Shown one piece after another: positions 1 to 12,849 of a stretch of DNA of 64,000 nucleotides. The stretch spans positions 372,001 to 436,000 of the forward strand of contig MU008161.1 in the NCBI GenBank assembly GCA_010909165.1. The letters run 5' to 3'. A program made the translations under genes and the position numbers. Source of the stretch: Anthoceros angustus (taxonomy: Eukaryota > Plantae > Anthocerotophyta). The stretch's first letter is position 1; each line of letters begins with the position of its first letter. The notes below the pieces were generated by a model. The model ran no database searches, was not told the DNA's origin, and saw nothing but the letters and a program-made list of their open reading frames with translations.

Positions 1-2956
1 TCCCTCGTCCTCCTCCTCCTCCCCCTCAGCCTCTCTGGAGCCCAATGTCAAAAACAAATCGGAGTAAAGACGGTTACTGTTTCCTGATTCTCCCATCTGG
101 CGTACGCATCCATCTACATCGTACAGACCACAGACCCTCATGTCCAGACCCTTAAGAGGCTTGGGGTGTCAGTCCATCCTTGGCTCTGAACAGGCAAGTG
201 GATACCGTATCAAGCGTGAGCATGTGTGGGCAACAGTCTGTCAGGTATTCACGTGAAAAGATGCACGCATCGCTCACCTCAGGGCCTCAAAGGGACGGTG
301 AGCACTTCGCCGACACCGAGGAGCTGCACGGAGCGAAGGCTTGGCACAGTGGAGGCCACACACTGCAAGCTGATAGACATATCTATCCTACTATCTGCGT
401 ATCTCCACCATTCCTGAGAACAGGAGCAACAGCCCAAGCTACAAATTCATATTTCATATGCCGCTTCACGCCCTCGGCCAGGAGCCCAACTCCAAGGAGG
501 AGGAAGTGATGAGAAGATGGTGGTGGGCATTCGGATCAGCTGACGCATCGTTGCCCCTTTCCCGGTGGTGGCCAGCCCGAGCCCACTACCCGCCTGCCGG
601 CAGATACCGTTACGGTTAAACAGACATGATGCGAGAGCCGGAAGCAGCACAAACCGAAGTAGTTGGCACTCGGACAGGTGTTGTTGGGTGCTGGGTCATG
701 GATGCCGCCATGAGGGCCCGGCACATGGAGACAGGAGGTGCGTTGGAAGTTGGAATTCGGCACTATGCAATCGGCCATGGTGGGCACTGGGTGCTAGTAC
801 AAGAAGCAACATATGTACAACCAAACAGTGGTGGTGGCTACTGTTGGCGTACATTCTATCTACCTGTGATGCGAGCAACGCAAGCTGCCAGACTACGGGC
901 GGACGGCGGGTTGCACTTTCTATTCGGAGCTGGCTGCGCAGGAACGACGTCATCTAGGGTAAGTTGGCGTGTTCACACGCTCGCAAGGCAGCGCCATGGG
1001 CCATGGCCGTGCAGTGGAGTGGCGATGTGGGGTCGTGTCATGCAACCAGGAGCCGGCGCCGGTCGGACACTGGACGTCTCCACTCTTGTTGGAAGCTGGA
1101 GGAAAGAAAAAGAAGGGGAAGAAGGAAAAATCCATCCCGTCCCGTCCCGTCCCGTCCCTTCCCCTCCCGGCGGCAGCGGCAGGCGCCCCCCTTGACGCAG
1201 GACCAACTGGGGGGCGTGCAATGTGCATCAGACATGGAAAGCTTCCCAAGTTCGTGCTCTCCGACGGGCTTCCGACACCGGGGCCCGGCCTGGCCCGGCG
1301 CCTCCTGCACTTGGGAGCAGGCTAGTCCGGGACCCGGGGCCCGGTCTGGAGCGCGCGTGCGATCCCGGGGCCCCACGCCGGGCCCCCTCCACCCGCTTTT
1401 GCCCTCCCTTCTCGCTCTCTGCTCGATTCCCGATCCCTCCGCTCCCTCAATTCCTCCCCAACTGGGGGCGGAAACTTGGAAGCACTCCCGGGCTGCTTGC
1501 TGCTGCTGCTGCTGCTGCGACAGGAGGTGCCAGCCCACAGAATACGCACATCGGTCACATCCCTTGATTTCACATGGCTCCGGGCCTGGGCCGTGCTTGC
1601 TCCACGTATTCCTGCTCGCTACAGTTTGCGTGAATGGAGTAGGCCACACCTTGTTTTTCTCACCGTTCTGGCTCCAGAAGTAGTTTATATTTTATGACAC
1701 CTCCGCCTCCCTCCTCCCCTAGATATCCGACAACTCCTCCTCCTCGTCATGCAGCAATCCAATCTTTGAACCACATCTAGAGTGGTAGAGTGGTCTACAA
1801 TAGCTCCTTCCCCATCTCTTGCACTTGCTGCATCAAATCTCGATGTCGTGTTCCCATTCCAATCTTATTACCACCTTGATTTCCCCTTCATGCAACAATG
1901 CAACAGTCTATGAGATGAAGGCTCTACAGATCACACCAATCTTGACCTAGTCTACGTAAACCTAGACTAGTTTACAACAGCGCCTCACCTCCTCCTCCAG
2001 TTCCTCCAGGTGCTGCACAAGCCATGGAGGCTGGAGCGGTCCGCGGAGTACAGTACACACACTACGTACAATGTACAGTAGAATGCACACACGTACGAAC
2101 TTGGAATCGGCACGGCGCGTGTGGTGCAATAAAAGCAGCAGATGCATTCATGTGGGAGCAGGATTCCCCCGGCTTCCCTTGGAATCGGCTGGTTGGCTGG
2201 CTGGCGTAGCCTGGCAGAGGCTGCCGGGAAAAGCAAACACCAGCGCGCCAGGTTGGAGCTACGACATGTCAGACATCGTCGGGCGCTCATCAATGGCGGC
2301 CTTGCGCGTCGTGCTCGCATCACATGCATCCAACGAACGGCGGAGCCCTAGGAGTGGAAAGCTCCCCCCCAAGCCCATTGGCCTGCGAATGCAGCACCCC
2401 CATCCCATCTCACCTCCGCATCCATCCATCCATCATCTCACGTTTGCTTGCCGCTGCAGCAGGCATGGAGCCTGGAAGGAAGCCAAGCCAGAACTCGAAA
2501 GGGTCATCGGTCACCATAGGCGGGCAACTCCTCCGGATCCGCACCGTAACTGATTCCACGTGGGAGACCCTCAGAGCTGGCCGCTGGCTAGAAGCTACCG
2601 GCACGACTCGTGCGTCGGCCCCACTCTCAGGCACATCACTGATTCTATATTTGTGAGCTCATCCTCCTCACAATTTGCCCACTTGACCTTTTCACCCCGC
2701 CCGCAACAAGCCACGGACTGTTAACAGTCCGATTCCCCCATCTTGCTCCCAAGTTCCAACTTCCCCCTCACAATCATCCACGCCGCAGCAGCAGGCAGCA
2801 GGCAGCAGGTTCGTGATTCACGCGCCTTCGCCTCGCATTAAACCCTCGCCTCGGGCTCTAGCGGCGCGGCATCTTCATCAAACCTTTTGAACCATGGGAT
2901 CAAATCTCAGCTTTGCATCTCTCTCACAAATCTCGCCTCAGGCTCCCAGTTCCCTT

Positions 2957-3030
2957 CTCTGCCTCTGCCTCTGCCGCTGCCTCTGCCTCTGCGTCTGCCA
3001 CTGCCTCTGCCCCTGCCCCTGCCCCTGCCG
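2957..3030. repeat. (CTCTGC/CCCTGC)n hexamer microsatellite, also in the copies at ~5400-5473 and ~7442-7515
   Basis: Direct reading; it produces the low-complexity ASASAS/CLCLC ORFs in the track. Confidence 0.85.
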
Positions 3031-4501
3031 CTTGTCTGCTCCGATCAGGGCAAAGCGTAAGCCTGCCCAGAATAGCAAGCCACATACACGTGTGGAACCC
3101 TGGCAACGGATTCGCGCCGTCTCCCTCACCGTCTCGCGACGCGTCTCATATATGTACACTGTGCTGCAAATCGAAACGCATCGGGTGAATAGAATCAAAG
3201 TTTAATTCTATCAATCAGACAGCCGCTAACTGCGCCGCTCATCGCGTTCCTAATCCGGCTACTGTGCGGAAGGACCGGTGTGGAACAGCCAGGGTCGCAA
3301 CGGAACGGGCCGCGGCCCACGGCACATGGGAAGGTGCCGGGCCGCGGCGCGCGCCTCATGTGACTGACCCGGGCAGAAGGACCCACCGTTCCGTTCTGTG
3401 TCGCACGGACGTCGGGAACGGACCCCGTTACAGCAATATTCGCACGGGTTGCTTATTAATCAAAAACGACGGGCCCACGCTAGCACGCGGCCTCTCTCGC
3501 TCCTGCCGGGCGTCGGAATTGGCGATGGCGATGGCAATCGCGATGGCAGGTGAGAGGAGACGTCTACGCGCGCGGTAGCAGAGTCAACATTGGCCACTCG
3601 CGCTATAAGACCGGCGCGCTCTCGCAGGAGAGAACGGAGCGAGCGGGCTGCGAGGCTGTGCGGACGCGCAACAACGAGGGCCGGCGCCCAAAGGATTTCT
3701 GCCTCCCTGCGCTGCCGAGAGGCGAGGCAAGGCAAGGCAAGCGGGCGGTGGTAATTCTTGTCTGCGCGCTCCGGGAGGCGGCAGCCCGCCGCTCCCTCTT
3801 TCTGCCGGCTGGAATTTGGAGACAGGCCGGGAGCTGTGAAGTGGAATCCCGTCTGCTCCGACCGCGGCGTAGTGTGGACCTCAGCCGCCGCACCGAGATC
3901 TCTGTTCTGAGATGCGGCACGGCGTGAGCGCTCTTGTTCTGGCAGCCAGGGTTGGCTGGAAGTGCCGGCATCTGAAGGTGGCGTGGCTCTAACGACCTGT
4001 GGCGCATGGATTTGGCGGATCACGCTGCCGCGTGCTAGCTTGAGCTCCTGGGAGACCAAGGGCTTGGAGCTGTGTGGCGTGTGTCCGGGGTGCTACTCTT
4101 GGTGTGACGAGGAATCGAGTTGTGGCAGGTTTGTGAACTGGTCGCTGTGTTGAGGCTTTTCGTGAGCGGATCTAGAATGGGAGAGTGGAGACGGAGGAAG
4201 TACAGGCTAGGGTTCTTTCCCGTGTCGTGTGCGCTAGATTAGATTGTAGTAGGATTAGATTGTCGTGTGATGCCCTTGTTTGTGATGTAAGGTGAAATAG
4301 GTGGAGTTTTTATTGGTTGATAAGTCCGAGTTGAATGTGATCTATCCTTGTGCAGCCAGGGTTTCACGGATCAGTGACGGGTTTCTGTGCTGGTCTGGTC
4401 TACGCCGTTTGCTCTTGGCTCGATGAGAGTTGAGGACGCCTGCTGTCAGCGCTAGATACCAAGCAGCGTCCGGGCCACTGTGACCGAGGTCGCTTTCAGA
4501 T

Positions 4502-4536
4502 ATGGTCTACTACTTCAAAGCCCGGCCGGAGGCTGG
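4502..4536 (+). pseudogene. CCDC25: Truncated duplicate of the first 12 codons of CCDC25 ([12 protein letters not shown]), fused to upstream sequence
   Basis: ATG 4502 and codons match 8994-9028, then the sequence jumps at GGAGGCTGG to the copy of 2035 onward. Confidence 0.85.
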
Positions 4537-7500
4537 AGCGGTCCGCGGAGTACAGTACACACACTACGTACAATGTACAGTAGAATGCACACACGTACGA
4601 ACTTGGAATCGGCACGGCGTGAGCGCTCTTGTTCTGGCAGCCAGGGTTGGCTGGCTGGCGTAGCCTGGCAGAGCTGCCAGGAAAAGCAAACACCAGCGCG
4701 CCAGGTTGGAGCTACGACATGTCAGACATCGTCGGGCGCTCATCAATGGCGGCCTTGCGCGTCGTGCTCGCATCACATGCATCCAACGAACGGCGGAGCT
4801 AGGAGTGGAAAGCTCCCCCAAGCCCATTGGCCTGCGAATGCAGCACCCCATCCATCTCACCTCCGCATCCATCCATCCATCATCTCACGTTTGCTTGCCG
4901 CTGCAGCAGGCATGGAGCCTGGAAGGAAGCCAAGCCAGAACTCGAAAGGGTCATCGGTCACCATAGGCGGGCAACTCCTCCGGATCCGCACCGTAACTGA
5001 TTCCACGTGGAGACCCTCAGAGCTGGCCGCTGGCTAGAAGCTACCGGCACGACTCGTGCGTCGGCCCCACTCTCAGGCACATCACTGATTCTATATTTGT
5101 GAGCTCATCCTCCTCACAATTTGCCCACTTGACCTTTTCACCCGCCCGCAACAAGCCACGGACTGTTAACAGTCCGATTCCCCATCTTGCTCCCAAGTTC
5201 CAACTTCCCCTCACAATCATCCACGCCGCAGCAGCAGGCAGCAGGCAGCAGGTTCGTGATTCACGCGCCTTCGCCTCGCATTAAACCCTCGCCTCGGGCT
5301 CTAGCGGCGCGGCATCTTCATCAAACCTTTTGAACCATGGGATCAAATCTCAGCTTTGCATCTCTCTCACAAATCTCGCCTCAGGCTCCCAGTTCCCTTC
5401 TCTGCCTCTGCCTCTGCCGCTGCCTCTGCCTCTGCGTCTGCCACTGCCTCTGCCCCTGCCCCTGCCCCTGCCGCTTGTCTGCTCCGATCAGGGCAAAGCG
5501 TAAGCCTGCCCAGAATAGCAAGCCACATACACGTGTGGAACCCTGGCAACGGATTCGCGCCGTCTCCCTCACCGTCTCGCGACGCGTCTCATATATGTAC
5601 ACTGTGCTGCAAATCGAAACGCATCGGGTGAATAGAATCAAAGTTTAATTCTATCAATCAGACAGCCGCTAACTGCGCCGCTCATCGCGTTCCTAATCCG
5701 GCTACTGTGCGGAAGGACCGGTGTGGAACAGCCAGGGTCGCAACGGAACGGGCCGCGGCCCACGGCACATGGGAAGGTGCCGGGCCGCGGCGCGCGCGCC
5801 TCATGTGACTGACCCGGGCAGAAGGACCCACCGTTCCGTTCTGTGTCGCACGGACGTCGGGAACGGACCCCGTTACAGCAATATTCGCACGGGTTGCTTA
5901 TTAATCAAAAACGACGGGCCCACGCTAGCACGCGGCCTCTCTCGCTCCTGCCGGGCGTCGGAATTGGCGATGGCGATGGCAATCGCGATGGCAGGTGAGA
6001 GGAGACGTCTACGCGCGCGGTAGCAGAGTCAACATTGGCCACTCGCGCTATAAGACCGGCGCGCTCTCGCAGGAGAGAACGGAGCGAGCGGGCTGCGAGG
6101 CTGTGCGGACGCGCAACAACGAGGGCCGGCGCCCAAAGGATTTCTGCCCCTCCCTGCGCTGCCGAGAGGCGAGGCAAGGCAAGGCAAGCGGGCGGTGGTA
6201 ATTCTTGTCTGCGCGCTCCGGGAGGCGGCAGCCCGCCGCTCCCTCTTTCTGCCGGCTGGAATTTGGAGACAGGCCGGGAGCTGTGAAGTGGAATCCCGTC
6301 TGCTCCGACCGCGGCGTAGTGTGGACCTCAGCCGCCGCACCGAGATCTCTGTTCTGAGATGCGGCACGGCGTGAGCGCTCTTGTTCTGGCAGCCAGGGTT
6401 GGCTGGAAGTGCCGGCATCTGAAGGTGGCGTGGCTCTAACGACCTGTGGCGCATGGATTTGGCGGATCACGCTGCCGCGTGCTAGCTTGAGCTCCTGGGA
6501 GACCAAGGGCTTGGAGCTGTGTGGCGTGTGTCCGGGGTGCTACTCTTGGTGTGACGAGGAATCGAGTTGTGGCAGGTTTGTGAACTGGTCGCTGTGTGTT
6601 GAGGCTTTTCGTGAGCGGATCTAGAATGGGAGAGTGGAGACGGAGGAAGTACAGGCTAGGGTTCTTTCCCGTGTCGTGTGCGCTAGATTAGATTGTAGTA
6701 GGATTAGATTGTCGTGTGATGCCCTTGTTTGTGATGTAAGGTGAAATAGGTGGAGTTTTTATTGGTTGATAAGTCCGGAGTTGAATGTGATCTATCCTTG
6801 TGCAGCCAGGGTTTCACATGCATCCAACGAACGGCGGAGCTAGGAGTGGAAAGCTCCCCCAAGCCCATTGGCCTGCGAATGCAGCACCCCCATCCCATCT
6901 CACCTCCGCATCCATCCATCCATCATCTCACGTTTGCTTGCCGCTGCAGCAGGCATGGAGCCTGGAAGGAAGCCAAGCCAGAACTCGAAAGGGTCATCGG
7001 TCACCATAGGCGGGCAACTCCTCCGGATCCGCACCGTAACTGATTCCACGTGGGAGACCCTCAGAGCTGGCCGCTGGCTAGAAGCTACCGGCACGACTCG
7101 TGCGTCGGCCCCACTCTCAGGCACATCACTGATTCTATATTTGTGAGCTCATCCTCCTCACAATTTGCCCACTTGACCTTTTCACCCCGCCCGCAAGCCA
7201 CGGACTGTTAACAGTCCGATTCCCCATCTTGCTCCCAAGTTCCAACTTCCCCTCACAATCATCCACGCCGCAGCAGCAGGCAGCAGGCAGCAGGTTCGTG
7301 ATTCACGCGCCTTCGCCTCGCATTAAACCCTCGCCTCGGGCTCTAGCGGCGCGGCATCTTCATCAAACCTTTTGAACCATGGGATCAAATCTCAGCTTTG
7401 CATCTCTCTCACAAATCTCGCCTCAGGCTCCCAGTTCCCTTCTCTGCCTCTGCCTCTGCCGCTGCCTCTGCCTCTGCGTCTGCCACTGCCTCTGCCCCTG

Positions 7501-8993
7501 CCCCTGCCCCTGCCGCTTGTCTGCTCCGATCAGGGCAAAGCGTAAGCCTGCCCAGAATAGCAAGCCACATACACGTGTGGAACCCTGGCAACGGATTCGC
7601 GCCGTCTCCCTCACCGTCTCGCGACGCGTCTCATATATGTACACTGTGCTGCAAATCGAAACGCATCGGGTGAATAGAATCAAAGTTTAATTCTATCAAT
7701 CAGACAGCCGCTAACTGCGCCGCTCATCGCGTTCCTAATCCGGCTACTGTGCGGAAGGACCGGTGTGGAACAGCCAGGGTCGCAACGGAACGGGCCGCGG
7801 CCCACGGCACATGGGAAGGTGCCGGGCCGCGGCGCGCGCGCCTCATGTGACTGACCCGGGCAGAAGGACCCACCGTTCCGTTCTGTGTCGCACGGACGTC
7901 GGGAACGGACCCCGTTACAGCAATATTCGCACGGGTTGCTTATTAATCAAAAACGACGGGCCCACGCTAGCACGCGGCCTCTCTCGCTCCTGCCGGGCGT
8001 CGGAATTGGCGATGGCGATGGCAATCGCGATGGCAGGTGAGAGGAGACGTCTACGCGCGCGGTAGCAGAGTCAACATTGGCCACTCGCGCTATAAGACCG
8101 GCGCGCTCTCGCAGGAGAGAACGGAGCGAGCGGGCTGCGAGGCTGTGCGGACGCGCAACAACGAGGGCCGGCGCCCAAAGGATTTCTGCCCCTCCCTGCG
8201 CTGCCGAGAGGCGAGGCAAGGCAAGGCAAGCGGGCGGTGGTAATTCTTGTCTGCGCGCTCCGGGAGGCGGCAGCCCGCCGCTCCCTCTTTCTGCCGGCTG
8301 GAATTTGGAGACAGGCCGGGAGCTGTGAAGTGGAATCCCGTCTGCTCCGACCGCGGCGTAGTGTGGACCTCAGCCGCCGCACCGAGATCTCTGTTCTGAG
8401 ATGCGGCACGGCGTGAGCGCTCTTGTTCTGGCAGCCAGGGTTGGCTGGAAGTGCCGGCATCTGAAGGTGGCGTGGCTCTAACGACCTGTGGCGCATGGAT
8501 TTGGCGGATCACGCTGCCGCGTGCTAGCTTGAGCTCCTGGGAGACCAAGGGCTTGGAGCTGTGTGGCGTGTGTCCGGGGTGCTACTCTTGGTGTGACGAG
8601 GAATCGAGTTGTGGCAGGTTTGTGAACTGGTCGCTGTGTGTTGAGGCTTTTCGTGAGCGGATCTAGAATGGGAGAGTGGAGACGGAGGAAGTACAGGCTA
8701 GGGTTCTTTCCCGTGTCGTGTGCGCTAGATTAGATTGTAGTAGGATTAGATTGTCGTGTGATGCCCTTGTTTGTGATGTAAGGTGAAATAGGTGGAGTTT
8801 TTATTGGTTGATAAGTCCGGAGTTGAATGTGATCTATCCTTGTGCAGCCAGGGTTTCACGGATCAGTGACGGGTTTCTGTGCTGGTCTGGTCTACGCCGT
8901 TTGCTCTTGGCTCGATGAGAGTTGAGGACGCCTGCTGTCAGCGCTAGATACCAAGCAGCGTCCGGGCCACTGTGACCGAGGTCGCTTTCAGAT

Positions 8994-10411
8994 ATGGTCT
9001 ACTACTTCAAAGCCCGGCCGGAGGCTGGGGACTACACCATCTACATGGGGCTTGATAAGCACGAGAATGAAGACCTCATCAAGTATGGCTTTCCGGAAGA
9101 CATTTGGTTGGTACCCTCCTTTCTCCGACGGATTTGATAGATCATTTGCTTGTCAGCAGCGGTCGCTCTGTGCTCGTATGCCTAGGGGATGGTCAACTGG
9201 CCTGAAGCGGTCACGAAGCTCGCGCGCCTGCTTACGACTCAAGCTGCATGTGACTCAAGAACCTGACAAACCTTTTTTGTTGGTAGGTTTCATGTCGACA
9301 AGCTTTCGTCCGCCCATGTCTACTTGAGGATGCACAAGGGGCAGACGATGGACAGCATCACTCCAGAGCTCTTGGAGGACTGTGCCCAGCTTGTGAAAGC
9401 CAATTCTATCCAAGGTCAGGGTTGCGACATGCTGCACTTCTCTTTCATGCCGATTGCATGCAACTGAGCGTCATACTTTTCAGGGTCTCTTAAATGCCTG
9501 CGGAGGTGACCTGCATGTTTGTGGTGAATGCATAGCAGAGTTTTGTGGGCCTAGACGTGTGTATATGTCGTGTGGGGTATTCTTGCTCGTGTGCTACGTT
9601 GCATGCTTGAAGCATGCTTTCTGCTTCTTTGTCCAATGGGAAAGCTTTCATTGCATTACAGGGAACAAACTGAACAATCTGGATGTTGTTTACACTCCAT
9701 GGTTTAATCTCAAAAAGACCCCATCTATGGATGTTGGACAAGTTGGATACCACAACTCTAAGCTTGTAAGTAATTTAGAGTCCATTTCTCTGTCTTGTTC
9801 CGGCCCTTGTCATGTCCATCTGAGGAAGCCGTTGTTGGAGGGCCCAAGTGCTGCAGAGAACCATGTGCATTGCAGGAGGCCAAATCCTTTGGCAGGGTTC
9901 ACAGATGGTGCTGAATTGCATTGTCGATGATGCAGGTGAGGACACTGAGGATTGAGAAGCGTGTGAATGAGATTGTGAACAGGTTGAACAAGACAAAGGT
10001 TGAGAGGACGCCCGACCTGAAAGGTGTGTATGCATTTTCTTCATGGCTTTGCGTTGAGTCACATGTCCGCGAAGATATTTTTGTTCTGACTTTGATTTTA
10101 CAGCCGAGAGGGAAGCATACAACGCAGCTGAAAAAGCAGAACGCAAAGCACAATCCCGTGAGAAGGTGCTCTTTCTTGGCCTGCATTGTATTTCAAATTC
10201 TCGCTGTTCCTGTTTTTTTGCTATCCTGATCTGTTTTTCATCATCTATGATTATGCAGAAACGTCGCGAAGAGCTCGAGCGCGTGGAGAAGGAAAAGGCA
10301 GCGGAAATCAGAAGCTACAAAGCCTTGATGGTCACTGGCAAGATGACCTCCAACAAGGACATAGCTGCCAAAGGAAAAAGTTTGCAAGAGCTGGAAGAGG
10401 ATTTTATTTGA
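8994..10411 (+). CDS. CCDC25: Coiled-coil domain-containing protein 25 (NFACT-R domain). Exons 8994-9106, 9287-9414, 9662-9765, 9936-10023, 10104-10165, 10259-10411
   Basis: Spliced translation [52 protein letters not shown]...[43 protein letters not shown]...LEEDFI matches the family; all introns are GT-AG and in phase. Confidence 0.95.
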
Positions 10412-11489
10412 ATTCTGGTTCTCATGAGCCAAAAGTTCTGTGCACTTCCACTATCTTATCCGATTGGCAAGAAGAGTATCGTGGGTCTGTCCCAGGAAAG
10501 CAGGCTTATCTAAAACTTAAGTATTGTGTGTGCATTCTCATGGCCCGGGCCTTGGATCTATGGTAGCTGGGAAGTATTCACGAGGGCTTGTGCTCCAACT
10601 GATGAAGGCTTTCAGAACTACTGGGGAATGCAACAGAGAAGCCGTCCAATTTTGGTCTCTTGTCTATCGTGATGTATATCTGCACCGAATGGCTGCAATT
10701 ATTCAATAGCAAATTCAACTGCTTGCAGTGGAAATGGAACTCGGCAGTCACAGGATTCTTGGCAAAGTTTTAGTACTGGGAAGAGATTGTTTTGTTTGTT
10801 CTGTCTTCCAAGTTTCTTCCAGTGTCTTTCAGGACGTACACCTCCTCTTGCTAGTCTTTGCAATTTGGCCCCAAGGGCTGGATGTTTAGAATGATAGTGT
10901 TGTGCACCATGTGTCCTCCCAGAGGATTTCCTATTAGATGCAGCGGTCGTCACATTGGCATGGTTGACCTCTTATATGCAAGCCTCTCCTCAGAAGTATC
11001 ACAGGTTTCCTCCTCACCGGATGCTGAGACTGTCGCCGTGGCGGTAGTATATTGACTTCTAACGGAGTTTTTTCTTGTGTTGCAGGCTAGGGGCGTGCAT
11101 ACGAATATATGATCTTGTGATGTACATCAGTTTGCAGACTTAATGTTGGAATAGGTAGAGATAGGTCCTGTAGAGCTCGTTGTGGCGAATGTGGCTTATT
11201 TTCTACCGTAGTAGTATCTGCTTCACTTGGCCTTAAGCCTCTCATCGAATCATGTATACGCATACTGCATCAGGAATTTCATTTCGACAATTAAATTGTA
11301 TCTGCTACATGGAAAAAATACCTCGGCATGTTGTGCATAGTCATGTTTCCGTGCAGTCTTTTTCGTACGATATGCATCAAGAAAAATCCTCCTCTTGAGA
11401 AGATAAGAGCTAACACCTGGATGTCCGGCATCTCCTGAGAGATAGCAGCAGCCCTCCATTTCTTGAGGGGTCACCTCCTGTGGGACAGC

Positions 11490-11790
11490 AGGCGCACATG
11501 GCGGCACTCCTGAGCGGATAATTGCAGGCCCACATGGCGGCTCTCCTGAGGGGATAACGGCAGGCCCACACGTGTCCCATCTCTTGCGCAGCTAACAGCA
11601 AGCCCCCATGGCAGTTATCTCCTGTGCGGCTAACAGCAGGCCCTCATGGCAGTTATCTCCTGCGCGGCTAACAGCAGGCCCCCATGGCAGTTATCTCCTG
11701 CGCGGCTAACAGCAGGCCCTCCATGGCAATTATCTCCTTTGCGGCTAACAGCAGGCCTCCATGGCACTTATATTCTGAGCGGATAACGGC
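11490..11790. repeat. 38-bp minisatellite (GCGGCTAACAGCAGGCCCCCATGGCAGTTATCTCCTGC), about 5 conserved plus 3 degenerate units
   Basis: Direct reading of units between ~11590 and 11770, with degenerate flanking units. Confidence 0.9.
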
Positions 11791-12060
11791 TCATGGATGC
11801 AACCTCCCGACCGGATTGTCTAACATTTATGAGCGATTACAAGCAAGGTCTACATGGCCACCATTTTCTGGAGCTGATGCAGCAAGCCTCCTTGCATCCC
11901 AGTTCTTGAGCTGATAACAGCACACCTCCATAGCTACAATCTATGAGCTGTGAATTTAGCAAGCGTTCATGGCTGCCATTTCCGCTGTGTACTGGAACGG
12001 ATCGCTCAAGAACATTGTCGACATGACAACCGAATAGCGTGGGAGCACTGGGCTCACACC

Positions 12061-12849
12061 TTATAGAAACATGCCTGTGAAACACTCATCATCTTCAAAT
12101 TTGTACTCGGCCCCTTTAGAAGATTTCACAAGAGACCGTTTATCTGCGGAGGGTCTCACGGCTTCGTAGTGCTCTGAGCTGCTGTCTGTGTCCTCTTCAG
12201 ACCGTTCAGAAGCAGCTTCCCCACCTCTTCCGGAGTTAGGGTTTTCCCCATCCCTCTCAGATGGCTGGTGCTTGCGAACCTTTCGCCTCTTCAGCTGTCT
12301 CTTCCGCTCTCTTTCTTTCCTGTAGTTCAACTTGTAGGCACACCTTGGACAAACCCTTAGCTTGACAAGCGCTTGCTTCTCCTCCCCCGCTTCCTTGTAA
12401 ACAAAATTCACTTCATAGCTGTGAAGATTCTCGGTTTCACTGCACTGCTTGTTGCCACACACAAACTGGCCCTTCCCTGCAACAACCTCCTTCTCTCCAC
12501 GCCATCGCATTCCGATCTTGTTCTCCTTGTATCGAGACATGTCAGCGATGCAGTACTCCCGGAAGAGCTTGTCATAATAGCGTTTGGCCAGCCGCTGCTC
12601 CCAATTCTCCTCTGAATCATCCTCTTCGGTCCGTATGAACCTATAGGTCTCGCGCAGCGTGTCGTGATCTGTCTTGGCCGCATCCTTGGGACGATCCTCA
12701 TCCCTACGCTTTCCGTAAAACTCAGTATAATCCCTCATAAACCTCTTGTGCCTCTCATACGCGTTCAAGCCCATAAGATGCGCAGCGTAGTGCTGCCGCC
12801 GCTGCTCGCGATCGAACACCCCCGCCCGAGCAGAATTGAAGGACGCCAT
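12061..12849 (-). CDS. FRA10AC1: Folate-sensitive fragile site protein FRA10AC1 homolog, single coding exon, 262 aa
   Basis: ORF has LNAYERHKRF, WEQRLAKRYYDKLFREYCIADMSRYKENKIGMRWR, GKGQFVCGNKQC and YEVNFVYKEAGEEKQALVKLRVCPRCAYKLNY, diagnostic of the family. Confidence 0.93.
   Translation of the reverse strand: MASFNSARAGVFDREQRRQHYAAHLMGLNAYERHKRFMRDYTEFYGKRRDEDRPKDAAKTDHDTLRETYRFIRTEEDDSEENWEQRLAKRYYDKLFREYCIADMSRYKENKIGMRWRGEKEVVAGKGQFVCGNKQCSETENLHSYEVNFVYKEAGEEKQALVKLRVCPRCAYKLNYRKERERKRQLKRRKVRKHQPSERDGENPNSGRGGEAASERSEEDTDSSSEHYEAVRPSADKRSLVKSSKGAEYKFEDDECFTGMFL

Larger units (their letters stand above)
2026..9028. repeat. Staggered tandem triplication of the ~2.0-2.5 kb region upstream of CCDC25 (copies ~2026-4536, 4528-6817, 6814-9028)
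   Basis: Identical ORF translations recur at 2894/5337/7379. Junctions read directly: GGAGGCTGG shared at 2026-2034, 4528-4536 and 9020-9028; TCAC shared at 2320-2323, 4364-4367 and 6814-6817. Confidence 0.95.

Noticed and set aside
1021-1034. Minus-strand ACCCCACATCG resembling the snRNA USE element
   Set aside because: One mismatch, and no TATA box or snRNA sequence downstream.
1-2025. Minus-strand exon-like pieces (strong acceptor near 1096, HLEELEEE exon near 2000, GT-AG intron ~800-870)
   Set aside because: No splicing combination I tried gave a long open frame or a recognisable protein; it could be a decayed gene or lncRNA, but I cannot support a call.
2894-3205. Repeated 103-aa Cys-rich ORF (CLCLCRCLC...) as a metallothionein-like peptide
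   Set aside because: It is a translation of a hexamer microsatellite, and its recurrence is due to the segmental triplication.
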